A program made the position numbers and the translations under genes. The notes below the pieces were generated by a model. It searched no databases. It was not told the DNA's origin and saw only the letters and a list, made by a program, of their open reading frames with translations. 47,071 bases of DNA from Bdellovibrionota bacterium (GTDB taxonomy: Bacteria > Bdellovibrionota_C > UBA2361 > JBGSMV01): positions 1 to 47,071 of the forward strand of contig JBGSMV010000004.1 of NCBI GenBank assembly GCA_041739995.1, written 5' to 3'. Positions 1 to 10,061 of this stretch are shown piece after piece (position 1 is the first letter of the stretch; every line of letters starts with the position of its first letter).

Positions 1-1
1 A

Positions 2-382
2 GTGGAGCTCACTTATCAGCGTCTCCCTGGCTATGAGCACCTGTCTCAGAGGGAGTATGCGCTTCTTATGGGGCAGAAGCTCGAATCTAGGCGCCAGGAA
101 GTGGTTAAGGAGCGCTATGCCAAGGGCCTTGGGTTCGCGGGGAGAGAAGCACTTCTAAAAACCAGAAGAGGCGTAGTGCCTCGGAGCACGAAGACTAGTA
201 CTGCAGAGTCGCATCGTCCTCGGGTTCTGTCTGTCTGCAATCAAAGGCGAGCAGAGTGCCGTCAGTGGTACTTCGACCTGTACTTTCTCTACAAGGACTG
301 CTCTCGGCGCTACCGCCAGGGAGAGCCTAATGTCGTCTTTCCCTCAGGCACTTATCCGCCAGCGCTGCCAGTGGCGGCTTAA
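2..382 (+). CDS. C-terminal fragment of probable Y1 (IS200/RAYT-like) tyrosine transposase; 5' end outside window
   Basis: Frame open from the window edge. Basic helical tail ending YRQGEPNVVFPSGTY resembles, from recall, the C-terminus of long Y1 transposases in myxobacteria-like genomes. The HUH motif is not visible here. Confidence 0.55.
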   Translation: MELTYQRLPGYEHLSQREYALLMGQKLESRRQEVVKERYAKGLGFAGREALLKTRRGVVPRSTKTSTAESHRPRVLSVCNQRRAECRQWYFDLYFLYKDCSRRYRQGEPNVVFPSGTYPPALPVAA

Positions 383-516
383 AATATTCTCCAAATGTAG
401 TCGCTGCTGGATGCTGGGTCGCAGGGGTCCACCTTGTACCACAAATTTGCTCATCAAAACCTCCCATAGTGGGCGCTTCGCTGAGTGAGCAGTCACCTTT
501 CGCAACATTTTGGTCG

Positions 517-3500
517 TCAGTTCGGGTGCGTGACGAGATCGCTTGCGGAACTGCGGGGGTGTTGCACATTGTCACTGAGAGAAATGGGGGCGTCATCCGC
601 GCTGGTTTCAAGCAACTGTGTGCGGGTACGATCTCTGGCGATGAACATGTAAATCGCGGGAACGACAAATAGAGTGAAGACTGTGCCAATTATCATGCCG
701 GTCACCAACACCCAGCCGATACTGTTTCGCGCTCCGGCGCCGGCACCGCTGGCGAGGATTAGCGGGAAGTGACCCGCAACAGTGGCAGTAGAAGTCATAA
801 GCACCGGGCGAAGTCGGACCGAGCTCGCCTCTATGATTGCTTGTAACTTGTCCTTGCCACTGCGCTGAAGCTGGTTTGCAAACTCAACGATTAATATGCC
901 GTTCTTTGATACCAGTCCGACCAACGTAACCAGACCCACCTGCGAATAAATATTGAGCGAAGTAAAATCAAAAAACACAAACATCAGTGCACCCGCAAGA
1001 GCGAGAGGCACCGAACCGCCAAGAATAATCAAAGGATCTCTGAAGCTTTCAAACTGCGCGGCAAGAACGAGAAAAATCATGATGAGCGCCAGTATGAGAG
1101 TCTCAGTTAGGGCATCTCCTTCCTTTCTTAACTGACGGGACTCCCCCGCGTAGTCAACCGTATATCCTGGAGGAAGGACTTCCTTAGCCGCAGCCTCTAG
1201 GACTTGTAGTGCTTGATCAATCGAGACCCCTGGAACTTGTGCGCCTTGAATTTTTGCGGAGTTAAGTTGCTGAAAGCGGTTTAGGGTTCGCGGCTGAACA
1301 GAATCAGCTATCGAAGCAATGGTTGATAACGGAACAAGCGAATCGTTGGGACCAGTGACGTAGAGATCGAGCAGTTGCTCAGGACTTATTCTGTCTTTGC
1401 GCTTGCCCTGCGCAATCACCTTGTAACTTCGCCCTGCAACGTTAAAGCGATTGATGTAGTTACCGCCAGTAAACCCAGCGATATCCTGGCCGACCTGTGC
1501 AAGGTTGAGTCCAAGCAGCGCAGCCCTATCCCTATCAATCGCAATCTCACTCTGAGGAAAGTCATACTTAAGATCACTGTCAGCAAACATGAAAACCCCA
1601 CTCTCGAAGGCCTTTTGGACTATGAGGTTGGAGTACTCAAAGATACGTAGCGGACTCTCAGTGGATGAAATAACAAATTCGATAGGAAAGTCGCTTCCAC
1701 CGGGCAGTGGGGGAGGGCTTGTGAGAATGATTCGAACTCCTGGGATATTCGCTACCTTTCCCCACGCTTCTTGCTCAAGCTCTTGAACACTGCGGGAACG
1801 CTCGCTCCACGGCTTAAGCAGCATCCCGGAGAACCCCCCTTGTGGGTTGGTGAGCTGAAACGACTTAGAGAACTCAGGAAAGCCTTCGTATACCTTGTTC
1901 ACTTCCTCAGTGAAGCGAGTGGTTTCTTCAATCGATGCATTGGGGGCTGCTTGAACAATTCCGAACAGAATTCCTTGATCTTCCTTTGGTGCCAGTTCCT
2001 TATTCGAAAACAGGTAGAAAGGAACAATGAAAAGCATCAAGAGCGCGGCGCCCAAGGCAATGCCAAATCTATACTGCAAACTTCTGGTCAATGCTCTGTG
2101 GTAGGCGTCGTGAACGCGAGCGAAAACGGAGTCAACGAGTGTCTTGAAGCGAGTCTCTGACTCTTCTCGCTTCACGAGCCGGGAAGACATCATGGGAGAA
2201 AGAGTCAGTGCCACAAGGCCTGAAACAAAGACCGCTCCTGCAAGAGTGAGCGCAAATTCTCTGAATAACGCGCCAGTCAGACCGCCTTGAAATGCTATTG
2301 GGGTGTAGACGGCGGCAAGGGTGATGGTCATCACGGTGATCGGACCAGCGAGTTCACGTGCAGCGGTGAGCGCAGCTTGAATGGGGGGAAGCCCCTTTTG
2401 AACGTGACGCTCGACATTTTCAAGCATGACGATAGCGTCATCGACCACCAGTCCTACTGCGAGCACAATTGCAAGTAGCGTGAGAAGGTTAATAGTGAAA
2501 CCAAACATCAACATCATCGCCGCAGCTCCTATGAGCGATAATGGAATGGCAATCACCGGGACAAGTACCGCGCGGAACGAGCCAATAAAGAGGAATATTA
2601 CAAGAATGACGATGAGAATAGTTTCAGAGAGAGTTTTCACTACCTCATAGATAGCATCTCGAATATACGCAGTGGCGTCGTAAGGCACGCCAAGTTGCAT
2701 TCCCGATGGAAGGTCGTTCTCGATGAGCGGGAGCACATTTCTAACGTGGCTAATGACGTCAAGAGAGTTCGCATTTGGCAGGGGCCAAATTCCCATGAAA
2801 ACTGCAGTTTCTCCACTGAACCGTACTTCCTCTTCGTAGCTCTCAGCGCCAAGGACCACATCGGCGATATCACGAAGTCGAATAACCGTATTTCCACTCC
2901 GTTTGACAATCAAAGACTCAAATTCTTCCCGAGAGCGAAGATCTGTGTTTGCCACAAGATTAACCGAGACCAAAGATCCCTTGGTGCTGCCCACTGCAGA
3001 GAGGTAGTTGTTGCTTGCCAGGGCCTCGTTCACTTGAGAGGGAGAAATTTGTAGCGCGGCCATTCGATCAGGCTTTAGCCAGATACGCATGGCAAAAGTC
3101 CGCGCCCCAAGAATGTCCGCCTTCTGTACACCGCTCAATGCAGAGATTCGCGGCTGTACTACACGGGTGAGGTAATCGGTAATCTGATTCTGCTCAAGGT
3201 CCTTGGAGTAGAAGCTCAAGTACATCGAGGCGATACGGCCGTCGGCCGTTTCTACGTTAATTACCGGTGCTTCCGCCTCAGGAGGCAACTCGTTTCGGAC
3301 TTGGGCAACTTTTGCTTGAATCTGAGTGAGTGCGGCGTTTACATCAAAGTTAAGGTGAAGGTGGGCCGTAATGGTGCTCAGACCTTGGGCGCTCGAAGAA
3401 TCCATGTAATCGATGCCGTCAGCACTCGCGATTACCCGTTCAAGCGGAGTGGTGATGAATCCGCGAACTAGGTCAGCATTTGCACCCACGTAGGCGGTAG

Positions 3501-3642
3501 TCACCGTCACTACTGCCAAATCGCTGCGGGGATACTGTCGAATGCTGAGGCTTTGGATCGCCTGGTATCCCGCCACCAAAATGATGAGATTAACGCAAAT
3601 GGCGAGAACCGGACGGCGAATAAAAATATCAGTAAATTTCAT
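517..3642 (-). CDS. RND efflux transporter permease (AcrB/AcrD/AcrF family)
   Basis: 1041 aa; N-terminus MKFTDIFIRRPVLA; TM4 GLVVDDAIVMLENVERH; KNGILIVEF; RLRPVLMT. Confidence 0.97.
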   Translation of the reverse strand: MKFTDIFIRRPVLAICVNLIILVAGYQAIQSLSIRQYPRSDLAVVTVTTAYVGANADLVRGFITTPLERVIASADGIDYMDSSSAQGLSTITAHLHLNFDVNAALTQIQAKVAQVRNELPPEAEAPVINVETADGRIASMYLSFYSKDLEQNQITDYLTRVVQPRISALSGVQKADILGARTFAMRIWLKPDRMAALQISPSQVNEALASNNYLSAVGSTKGSLVSVNLVANTDLRSREEFESLIVKRSGNTVIRLRDIADVVLGAESYEEEVRFSGETAVFMGIWPLPNANSLDVISHVRNVLPLIENDLPSGMQLGVPYDATAYIRDAIYEVVKTLSETILIVILVIFLFIGSFRAVLVPVIAIPLSLIGAAAMMLMFGFTINLLTLLAIVLAVGLVVDDAIVMLENVERHVQKGLPPIQAALTAARELAGPITVMTITLAAVYTPIAFQGGLTGALFREFALTLAGAVFVSGLVALTLSPMMSSRLVKREESETRFKTLVDSVFARVHDAYHRALTRSLQYRFGIALGAALLMLFIVPFYLFSNKELAPKEDQGILFGIVQAAPNASIEETTRFTEEVNKVYEGFPEFSKSFQLTNPQGGFSGMLLKPWSERSRSVQELEQEAWGKVANIPGVRIILTSPPPLPGGSDFPIEFVISSTESPLRIFEYSNLIVQKAFESGVFMFADSDLKYDFPQSEIAIDRDRAALLGLNLAQVGQDIAGFTGGNYINRFNVAGRSYKVIAQGKRKDRISPEQLLDLYVTGPNDSLVPLSTIASIADSVQPRTLNRFQQLNSAKIQGAQVPGVSIDQALQVLEAAAKEVLPPGYTVDYAGESRQLRKEGDALTETLILALIMIFLVLAAQFESFRDPLIILGGSVPLALAGALMFVFFDFTSLNIYSQVGLVTLVGLVSKNGILIVEFANQLQRSGKDKLQAIIEASSVRLRPVLMTSTATVAGHFPLILASGAGAGARNSIGWVLVTGMIIGTVFTLFVVPAIYMFIARDRTRTQLLETSADDAPISLSDNVQHPRSSASDLVTHPN

Positions 3643-3702
3643 GGAGACTCTTTGCTAAATAGCTATCTTCCCAAAAATCCGAGGGTCAAAATGTTTGCTG
3701 GC

Positions 3703-4872
3703 CTAAATGTCAGCGGGAGTAGGCGAGGTGCTATTTGAAGGAGCGAAGTGGTTGTTCACTGCGACCGCCACGCCGGGGCGCAGTTTGAATACTCCTGAAG
3801 TTGCGACTTCGTCTCCGGGTTTGAGGCCCTCCAGCACTGCGATTTGGTCTCCTCGTTGCTCGCCAAGCTTCACGATTTGCGATCGGACTCCCACATACTC
3901 TTCACCAGCGGGGCTCTTCATGTCTTCTAAAACGAAGACACTGTCACCATAGGGAGCATAGCTAATACTCGAGCTCGGAATCGGCATTACCTTTTGAGAG
4001 GTGCCAAGCGAAACACTTACACGAACGAACATGCCAGGACGAAGGCGCTCCTGCTCGTTGGCCACGGTTGCTTGAAGAGAAACATTGCGTGTGGATGGAT
4101 CCACTTGAGGATTCACTGCCGTTAGCTCGCCAAAAACTTGCAGAGGAGCCTCGTTGATAGTGACTTGTACCTGTTGTCCTTGGTGCACATCGAACAAGGC
4201 TTCTTGGGGTAGGGTGAAGTCAACAAATACGGGTTTGAGAGAGAAAAGTGGAATGATACCGGTACCGGCTGCGACGTATTGGCCGACATTAACCTGCCGA
4301 ATACCTGCGTACCCACTAAAAGGAGCGATGATTCTCTTGCGAACAATAAGCGCAGAAAGTGAGGCGACTTCTGCATTCGCAGTGAGCAGCGCGGCCTCGG
4401 CACGGTCGAGGTCAGACTTGGAAACTGCATTACGCTCTCTGAGGGGACGTATTTTAGCGATTTCTTGTTGAGCCAATGCTTGTTGAGATTTCGCACCCGC
4501 AAGCTGGGCTTCTTCCACTGAGGTGTCGAGTTCAATTAAAACCTGATTGGCCTCAACTTGGGCGCCTGATTCAACATTAATTCGTTTTACTGTTCCAGCC
4601 TCTTCGGCGCTGAGCGTTACGCCATTCGGTGAGGAGACGCTGCCAACGGCGAGACGGTTCATCGGCCACTCTTCTGTCGCTACTACTACCGTGGTGATTG
4701 CTTCAGGTGGAGGGGAGAAGTGGGAGTTCGCCGCGATGGCCGCGGATATGGATAGGTACTTATAGAGGCCAAACGCAACAAACAGAACGCCGAACACAGC
4801 GACGGCGAAGAGTGCTTGAAACTTCCTTGAACGTGTTGGTTGGACCAGTTTATCTTGGGTGCTGCTAGTCAT
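3703..4872 (-). CDS. RND efflux periplasmic adaptor (membrane fusion protein)
   Basis: N-terminal TM, lipoyl-like halves (GTVKRINVESGAQV; IIAPFSG), coiled hairpin, LRPGMFV, GLKPGDEV. ATG at 4872 preceded by GGAG was chosen over TTG at 4884. Confidence 0.95.
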   Translation of the reverse strand: MTSSTQDKLVQPTRSRKFQALFAVAVFGVLFVAFGLYKYLSISAAIAANSHFSPPPEAITTVVVATEEWPMNRLAVGSVSSPNGVTLSAEEAGTVKRINVESGAQVEANQVLIELDTSVEEAQLAGAKSQQALAQQEIAKIRPLRERNAVSKSDLDRAEAALLTANAEVASLSALIVRKRIIAPFSGYAGIRQVNVGQYVAAGTGIIPLFSLKPVFVDFTLPQEALFDVHQGQQVQVTINEAPLQVFGELTAVNPQVDPSTRNVSLQATVANEQERLRPGMFVRVSVSLGTSQKVMPIPSSSISYAPYGDSVFVLEDMKSPAGEEYVGVRSQIVKLGEQRGDQIAVLEGLKPGDEVATSGVFKLRPGVAVAVNNHFAPSNSTSPTPADI

Positions 4873-4885
4873 CGAAAACTCCAAT

Positions 4886-5587
4886 CTACTTAAGCGGTAA
4901 AATCTGGTTAATTAAATCGTCCTCGCAGCGAATGCCCTGCAAGGTGAAGCGAATTACATGCTCAGCAATTGAATTGAAGGCGAGGTCGTCTGATAAGTCC
5001 TCTTGCCGAATTCTTTCAACAAATGGGCGATGGGTTACGTAGAAGGTACACTGTCCCACAATGGAGGCGACTATTTGAGAGCGCACACTGTCCGAGAGCT
5101 GCGGTGAAAGAGTCTCAAGCACCGTCACGAGCGCATTGTGTGTGGGTCGAGAGAAGTTGGTGACCACAGAGTCGACGAGTTGCTCAAATAGTTCACCGTC
5201 CTCTGACGAAGAGCATAAGACTTCTCTACACATAACTCGGGTAGCTTGCGGGCCTGTGGGGCGCAGGATGTAGGTGAGCAGACCGTAGATGAAATCCCGC
5301 AGTCTTTGAGCTGCATCGAGACGTGAGGTGCAGGGGCCTGAACCCGTTAATTGCGACCGAAGCATGGTACAGTCGTTCAGCATGCAGTGAACGGCGGCGA
5401 TAAAAAGACTCTGCTTTGAGCCGAAGTAGTACTGGATTGCACCGAGATTTACCCCGGCAGCTTCGGCAAGTTCACGAGTGCTCACCTGCGAGTAGCCACG
5501 CTCAGCGAAAAGGCGCTGCGCCGCGTTTAGTAAGGCTTCTCGCGCTGATTCACGCACACCTCCTCCAGCTTGGATATTTTGCGACAT
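4886..5587 (-). CDS. TetR/AcrR family regulator (CecR/YbiH-like C-terminal domain)
   Basis: HTH signature AQRLFAERGYSQVSTRELAEAAGVNLGAIQYYFGSKQSLF; first gene of the efflux operon. Confidence 0.93.
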   Translation of the reverse strand: MSQNIQAGGGVRESAREALLNAAQRLFAERGYSQVSTRELAEAAGVNLGAIQYYFGSKQSLFIAAVHCMLNDCTMLRSQLTGSGPCTSRLDAAQRLRDFIYGLLTYILRPTGPQATRVMCREVLCSSSEDGELFEQLVDSVVTNFSRPTHNALVTVLETLSPQLSDSVRSQIVASIVGQCTFYVTHRPFVERIRQEDLSDDLAFNSIAEHVIRFTLQGIRCEDDLINQILPLK

Positions 5588-5600
5588 GAACCTATCTTAG

Positions 5601-5612
5601 TCAGTCGACTGA
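5601..5612. promoter_or_regulatory. Putative TetR operator palindrome
   Basis: Perfect 12-bp palindrome TCAGTCGACTGA 13 bp upstream of the TetR start codon. Confidence 0.6.
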
Positions 5613-5685
5613 ATGCCTGCAAATTTGCGAGCAACTAATTGAATTAAATAGATTATTTAAGAGTAAGGACCTGAGCGAAAAGACT

Positions 5686-6675
5686 TTAGGCAGCCTCCTC
5701 AAGCGCAAGCTGTTGGCGGTCCATCATGACGGTAGAAGCACGGAAAGTCTTAACGTGCTTGTCCGGGTGGGCGACGACCATCACCGCAATTCGGTCCAGC
5801 ATTGGATACTGGTGCAGGAGCGTGCGCACTAAGTTTTTATTGACCTTCTCCCAATAGTCATCCGAGGCGGAATACTTCTTAAAGAAGTCCTTAACGACAT
5901 CATCAAGGCGCAAAAAATCTGGATACTCGGCAGCGCGTTTGTAGCGATACGAAACCAGCACATCGACTGTTCGGGACTCGTGTTGATGGAACAACTGAAG
6001 CTTAGGAACCTTGAACTCAAACTGTTCAAGGCAGGGCTCGGCGAGCCCAAGCTCGGACTCAAAAAGTCGTTCAATCAATCCACGTACGAACGGAATTGCA
6101 GAGACATCTCGAGCCATGACAATCTGCTCGGTTGAGTTTGGAATTTTGATTACTCTTACAGAAAATCGAGAGCCAGTGATCGGATCGACATCGCGAGAAG
6201 AGAAGTCCCTTTCAGCCGCCTCAGTGATAGCGCGCAGTGCTTCATAGCTTTTCAGCTCACTTTCCGTAAAAACACGCACCGATGCCTTATTGTGACCACG
6301 AAAGATTATTTCCCATTTTTGACCATAGTGCGGAATGATCGCGCGCCACTCGTTTGGCTGGTTCCGAGAGTTGTTGCTGGTAGAGAGAATCTCCAGGTTT
6401 CTCAGAAAGTCCTTAGGACTTAGACGAATGGGAACGCCTCCGGGGCCAGGCACTATGACTAGTGGTGGCCCAGAGCGAAGTTCGGCTTCGAACGCTTGAC
6501 TGAAGTTTGCTTTGTCTCGCCGCGTACCCCTGGGCTTAAGATTGGGGAGGCGCAGAACTTCACCCCATGAGTTTTGGAATTTATCAGTGTTTAGCTGAAG
6601 AGGGGCGTCGGCTGGAGAAACGGGCCCGGGCACAATCGGTTTGGGCAGAAGAGGCTCGGGTTGATCGGGCAGCAT
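5686..6675 (-). CDS. Hypothetical protein; Pro-rich N-terminus, possible FolB/T-fold-like C-terminal domain
   Basis: 329-aa ORF fills the intergenic space. The C-terminal ~110 aa (VDVLVSYRY...YPDF...YWEKVNKNLVRTLLHQYP...IAVMV) has an aldolase-like strand-helix-helix-strand pattern. Confidence 0.6.
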   Translation of the reverse strand: MLPDQPEPLLPKPIVPGPVSPADAPLQLNTDKFQNSWGEVLRLPNLKPRGTRRDKANFSQAFEAELRSGPPLVIVPGPGGVPIRLSPKDFLRNLEILSTSNNSRNQPNEWRAIIPHYGQKWEIIFRGHNKASVRVFTESELKSYEALRAITEAAERDFSSRDVDPITGSRFSVRVIKIPNSTEQIVMARDVSAIPFVRGLIERLFESELGLAEPCLEQFEFKVPKLQLFHQHESRTVDVLVSYRYKRAAEYPDFLRLDDVVKDFFKKYSASDDYWEKVNKNLVRTLLHQYPMLDRIAVMVVAHPDKHVKTFRASTVMMDRQQLALEEAA

Positions 6676-7012
6676 GAGGCACCTCTGGCTTCTCGCAAAT
6701 CACCGGCGACAATCGACAATGCGAATTCGACTGATTCCGCTACGGAGCTTCGCCGAAATCCTACCGCAAAACCTTGTCCAACCAGTGTGATTTTTGAGCC
6801 TTTAGAATGACTACTAAGGCCCGAAAGATACCCATACGGCACGATGCGAACAGAAGTTAGACGTTAACCTGTCGATTTTACCTCAGGTTCCTGCGCTGTC
6901 CTCAGACCCTAGCAGCTCGGTAATACGCAAGCCGATTTGTTAGGCGAGCGACCGGGAGAGCTACGGATTGCGAAGAAAGGCACCCTTTGCGTTGCTCGAA
7001 AATATGAGTCCC

Positions 7013-8869
7013 TTAGTGAGGAGCTTCCCAGTTTTCAGGCGAACGCCACAGTCGCGATAGAAGCAGCTGCTTTTCGTGGATGAACTCCTTGGGGAGTCTA
7101 TCAAAGAGCTTGATGAAGAGCTCTTCGTGCGAGAGCACTTCTCTCTTCCACTCCTCCCGATTTACCGACATTACTTTACAGAAGTCATCATTCGAAAAGT
7201 CGAGTCCCTTCCAGTTAAAGTCTTCATAGCTCGGTACCCAACCGAGCGGGCTTTCGATAGAGCTGCCAGTCCCATGTACCCGGCTCACAATCCACTCAAG
7301 CACTCGCATGTTTTCGCCGAACCCAGGCCACAGAAACTTTCCGTTTGAGTCTTTGCGAAACCAATTGACAAAGAAGGTGCGCGGCGGGCGTGCAAGCGTT
7401 CGACCAATGTTGAACCAGTGGTTGAAGTAATCGCCCATGTGATAGCCGCAGAAGGGGAGCATCGCAAAAGGATCTCTTCGCACTTCTCCAATTTTCCCTG
7501 CAGCAGCAGCGGTCATCTCAGAACCCATCGTGGCAGCGATGTACACACCATGTGACCAATTAAATGCCTGCAATACCAGCGGCACTAAACTCGCTCTGCG
7601 CGCACCGAAAATAAATGCCGATATAGGTACGCCTTCAGGCTTTTCCCAATCAGGATCCAGGGTAGGGCACTGTGATGCGGGGGTGGTGAAGCGAGAATTT
7701 GGATGTGCTGCCTTGGTTCCCTTGGAAGGGTCCCAGGGATTACCCTGCCAGTCGATTAAATTGGCCGGTGGAGTATCATTCATCCCCTCCCACCAGATGT
7801 CGCCGTCTTTGGTCTGTGCGACATTGGTGAAGATGCTGTTCTTAGCAAGAGTCGCCATTGCATTGGGGTTGGATTTATTAGAGGTCCCTGGAGCGACCCC
7901 AAAATAGCCAGCTTCAGGGTTAATCGCGTATAAACGCCCATCTGCACCTGGTTTAATCCAGGCAATGTCGTCTCCGACCGTGTATACTTTCCAGCCCTTG
8001 TAGGATTCTGGGGGAATCAGCATGGCAAAGTTGGTTTTCCCACAGGCGCTCGGGAAAGCGGCGGCCACATAGGTTTTTTCTCCCTGCGGTGACTCAACGC
8101 CAAGAATAAGCATATGTTCGGCGAGCCAGCCTTCGTCGCGCGCCATGACAGACGCAATTCGAAGTGCAAAACATTTTTTGCCTAGCAGCGCGTTTCCGCC
8201 GTAGCCGCTTCCGAATGACCAAATCTCTCGATCTTCAGGGAAGTGAACTATGTACTTCTCTTCGTTGTTGCAGGGCCATGGAACGTCAGCTTTGCCTGGT
8301 GACAACGGCATGCCGACGGAATGTACACAGGGAACGAACTCTCCGTCAGAGCCAAGCTGATCAAGTACTGGCTGCCCGATGCGAGTCATAATTCGCATAT
8401 TGCAAACGACATATGGTGAATCTGAGATTTCAACGCCGATCTGCGAAATGTGAGAGCCTAGAGGGCCCATGCAGAACGGGATGACGTACATCGTTCTGCC
8501 ACGCATGCAGCCCTTAAACAGACCTTGCAAGATCTGTCGCATCTCCTTTGGATTCATCCAGTTGTTCGTTGGTCCGGCATCGTTGCGCACTCGGCTGCAA
8601 ATAAAGGTGCGATCTTCCACTCGCGCTACGTCAGCAGGGTCAGAATTTGCGGCGAAACAGTTGGGCCATTTGTCTTGGTTCAAACGGCGAAATGTTCCTT
8701 TGGCTTCAAGCTCCGCGGCTAAGGAGTCGTATTCTGATTGAGAGCCGTCACACCAATGGACTGCCGAGGGCTCACAAAGTGCGGTGAGCTCAGATATCCA
8801 ACCAAGCAGTTGCTTATGAGAGGTGAATCGTTCACCTGAAGAATTCTGTCCTTGCGATGAGCTTGGCAT
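7013..8869 (-). CDS. pckG: Phosphoenolpyruvate carboxykinase (GTP)
   Basis: Motifs [56 protein letters not shown]. Start reassigned to ATG 8869, which has an AAGGAG RBS. Confidence 0.98.
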   Translation of the reverse strand: MPSSSQGQNSSGERFTSHKQLLGWISELTALCEPSAVHWCDGSQSEYDSLAAELEAKGTFRRLNQDKWPNCFAANSDPADVARVEDRTFICSRVRNDAGPTNNWMNPKEMRQILQGLFKGCMRGRTMYVIPFCMGPLGSHISQIGVEISDSPYVVCNMRIMTRIGQPVLDQLGSDGEFVPCVHSVGMPLSPGKADVPWPCNNEEKYIVHFPEDREIWSFGSGYGGNALLGKKCFALRIASVMARDEGWLAEHMLILGVESPQGEKTYVAAAFPSACGKTNFAMLIPPESYKGWKVYTVGDDIAWIKPGADGRLYAINPEAGYFGVAPGTSNKSNPNAMATLAKNSIFTNVAQTKDGDIWWEGMNDTPPANLIDWQGNPWDPSKGTKAAHPNSRFTTPASQCPTLDPDWEKPEGVPISAFIFGARRASLVPLVLQAFNWSHGVYIAATMGSEMTAAAAGKIGEVRRDPFAMLPFCGYHMGDYFNHWFNIGRTLARPPRTFFVNWFRKDSNGKFLWPGFGENMRVLEWIVSRVHGTGSSIESPLGWVPSYEDFNWKGLDFSNDDFCKVMSVNREEWKREVLSHEELFIKLFDRLPKEFIHEKQLLLSRLWRSPENWEAPH

Positions 8870-8911
8870 GACACACTCCTTAGTGCTTACTGAGCCGAAA
8901 ATGGAAGGAAG

Positions 8912-9044
8912 CCCGTCCTGATGAGCCCAGACACAGCGAACTTTCCACTCTCTCCCCCCGACAACCCACCACAGGGTTACCGAGACAGTGATATTTTGGG
9001 ACGGGTGACGATGCGGGGCGAATTCGATCGCCGTGCAGCGCCCC
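8912..9044 (-). promoter_or_regulatory. Candidate structured 5' leader of pckG
   Basis: Nested inverted repeats: 8912-8918/8999-9005, 8946-8954/8982-8990 (1 mismatch), 8963-8967/8974-8978; separate hairpin 9015-9020/9039-9044. Confidence 0.35.
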
Positions 9045-9048
9045 ATCA

Positions 9049-9116
9049 AGGCGCGAAGTTTAGCTGATTTTTCTCAAAGACGTAAGGGCTTTGAACGTAT
9101 AGAGGCGCGAAGTTTA
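9049..9116. repeat. 14-bp direct repeat upstream of pckG
   Basis: AGGCGCGAAGTTTA at 9049-9062 and 9103-9116; reads TAAACTTCGCGCCT on the minus strand. Confidence 0.7.
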
Positions 9117-9174
9117 CGCACAGTGATACTCACATCATCCGTTGACTTTCTGAGTTCGAGGGCACACAGAAAAC

Positions 9175-9885
9175 CTACTGCGTTTCTAGGAAGTAACAAC
9201 GTGCCTTGAACCGTTCAAAGGGGACTCCCGGCCAGAGAGCTCGGTTGCAAAGCACCTCTTTAAAGCGATTTACATCATTATTTGCCAGAGCTGATTGGAG
9301 TAAGGCGCGTGTGCGCGGGGTGTAGTCGCCTCGGAATCTGAGGTCGACTACCACTTCTAAGAGTCTTGGGTCTAGACCTTCCCAAGGTACCACACCGTAT
9401 GCGGATACACTTGATGGGTGGCTCGATATCCGCTGCACATCTTTATACATGGTTTGCCAAGCATTCTCAAAAAGTACCCGTTCTTGGGCAGGGGAAATGG
9501 GATCCCCCAGATATGAATCAACAAAGGCGTGAGCTTTCTTTCCCGAGAGTCCCGCGGCAAGGGCAAGGTCTTTTGCCATCAGTAGAGGCAGGCCTGCAGA
9601 GACGAGGGCGGCTTCCACTTCTCTCTTTGACCGCATGCTCATATCGTAGCCGCGTCCAATCGTGACTCCTGAATGAAATCCGGGATGATGCGGAAGTCGA
9701 GAATAGTATGGACTGTCGGGGGCGCTGGAGCCTTCAGCGTGCCAGGTAAGAAGTCCCATCGAAGGAACGGAGACGGCGGTAGGGTCTAAGGAGCGAGGCG
9801 TTCGGACAGCGGAAATCATAGCTGCAAACGCTGCCTCTAAGCGTGAGCGATAATTGAGCATGCTGAGATCTGTTAGTGATGACAT
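9175..9885 (-). CDS. Pesticin C-terminal-like (lysozyme-fold) muramidase
   Basis: Motifs LTWHAEG, SGVTIGRGYDM, ISPAQERVLF, VDLRFRGDYTP typical of pesticin-domain peptidoglycan hydrolases; no obvious Sec signal. Confidence 0.85.
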   Translation of the reverse strand: MSSLTDLSMLNYRSRLEAAFAAMISAVRTPRSLDPTAVSVPSMGLLTWHAEGSSAPDSPYYSRLPHHPGFHSGVTIGRGYDMSMRSKREVEAALVSAGLPLLMAKDLALAAGLSGKKAHAFVDSYLGDPISPAQERVLFENAWQTMYKDVQRISSHPSSVSAYGVVPWEGLDPRLLEVVVDLRFRGDYTPRTRALLQSALANNDVNRFKEVLCNRALWPGVPFERFKARCYFLETQ

Positions 9886-9972
9886 AAGTACAACACTCGC
9901 TCCTTCAGAGCGCCGCGCTATATCGCGGCGTTGAGATAACCGATTGGTGACGTGGGCACCGGTATAGAGGTT

Positions 9973-10001
9973 ATCTTCGGTGTTTCAGCGGAAAAGTTTC
10001 G
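9973..10001 (-). promoter_or_regulatory. Putative alternative-sigma promoter (GAAACTT-N13-CCGA) upstream of the muramidase
   Basis: Minus strand reads CGAAACTT ttccgctgaaaca CCGAAGAT, about 90 nt before ATG 9885. Confidence 0.65.
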
Positions 10002-10061
10002 TCGCTTGCAAAAGCCTCTTTGGCTTCAATTGGGGAACATCTACGTGGCGGGGGGTTGAAA

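Noticed and set aside
517..5587. RND operon lacking an outer-membrane factor
   Set aside because: Common arrangement; a TolC-like partner is often encoded elsewhere
8870..9049. 59-aa N-terminal extension of PEPCK in the ORF track
   Set aside because: TTG start with a non-conserved sequence; a good RBS precedes ATG 8869
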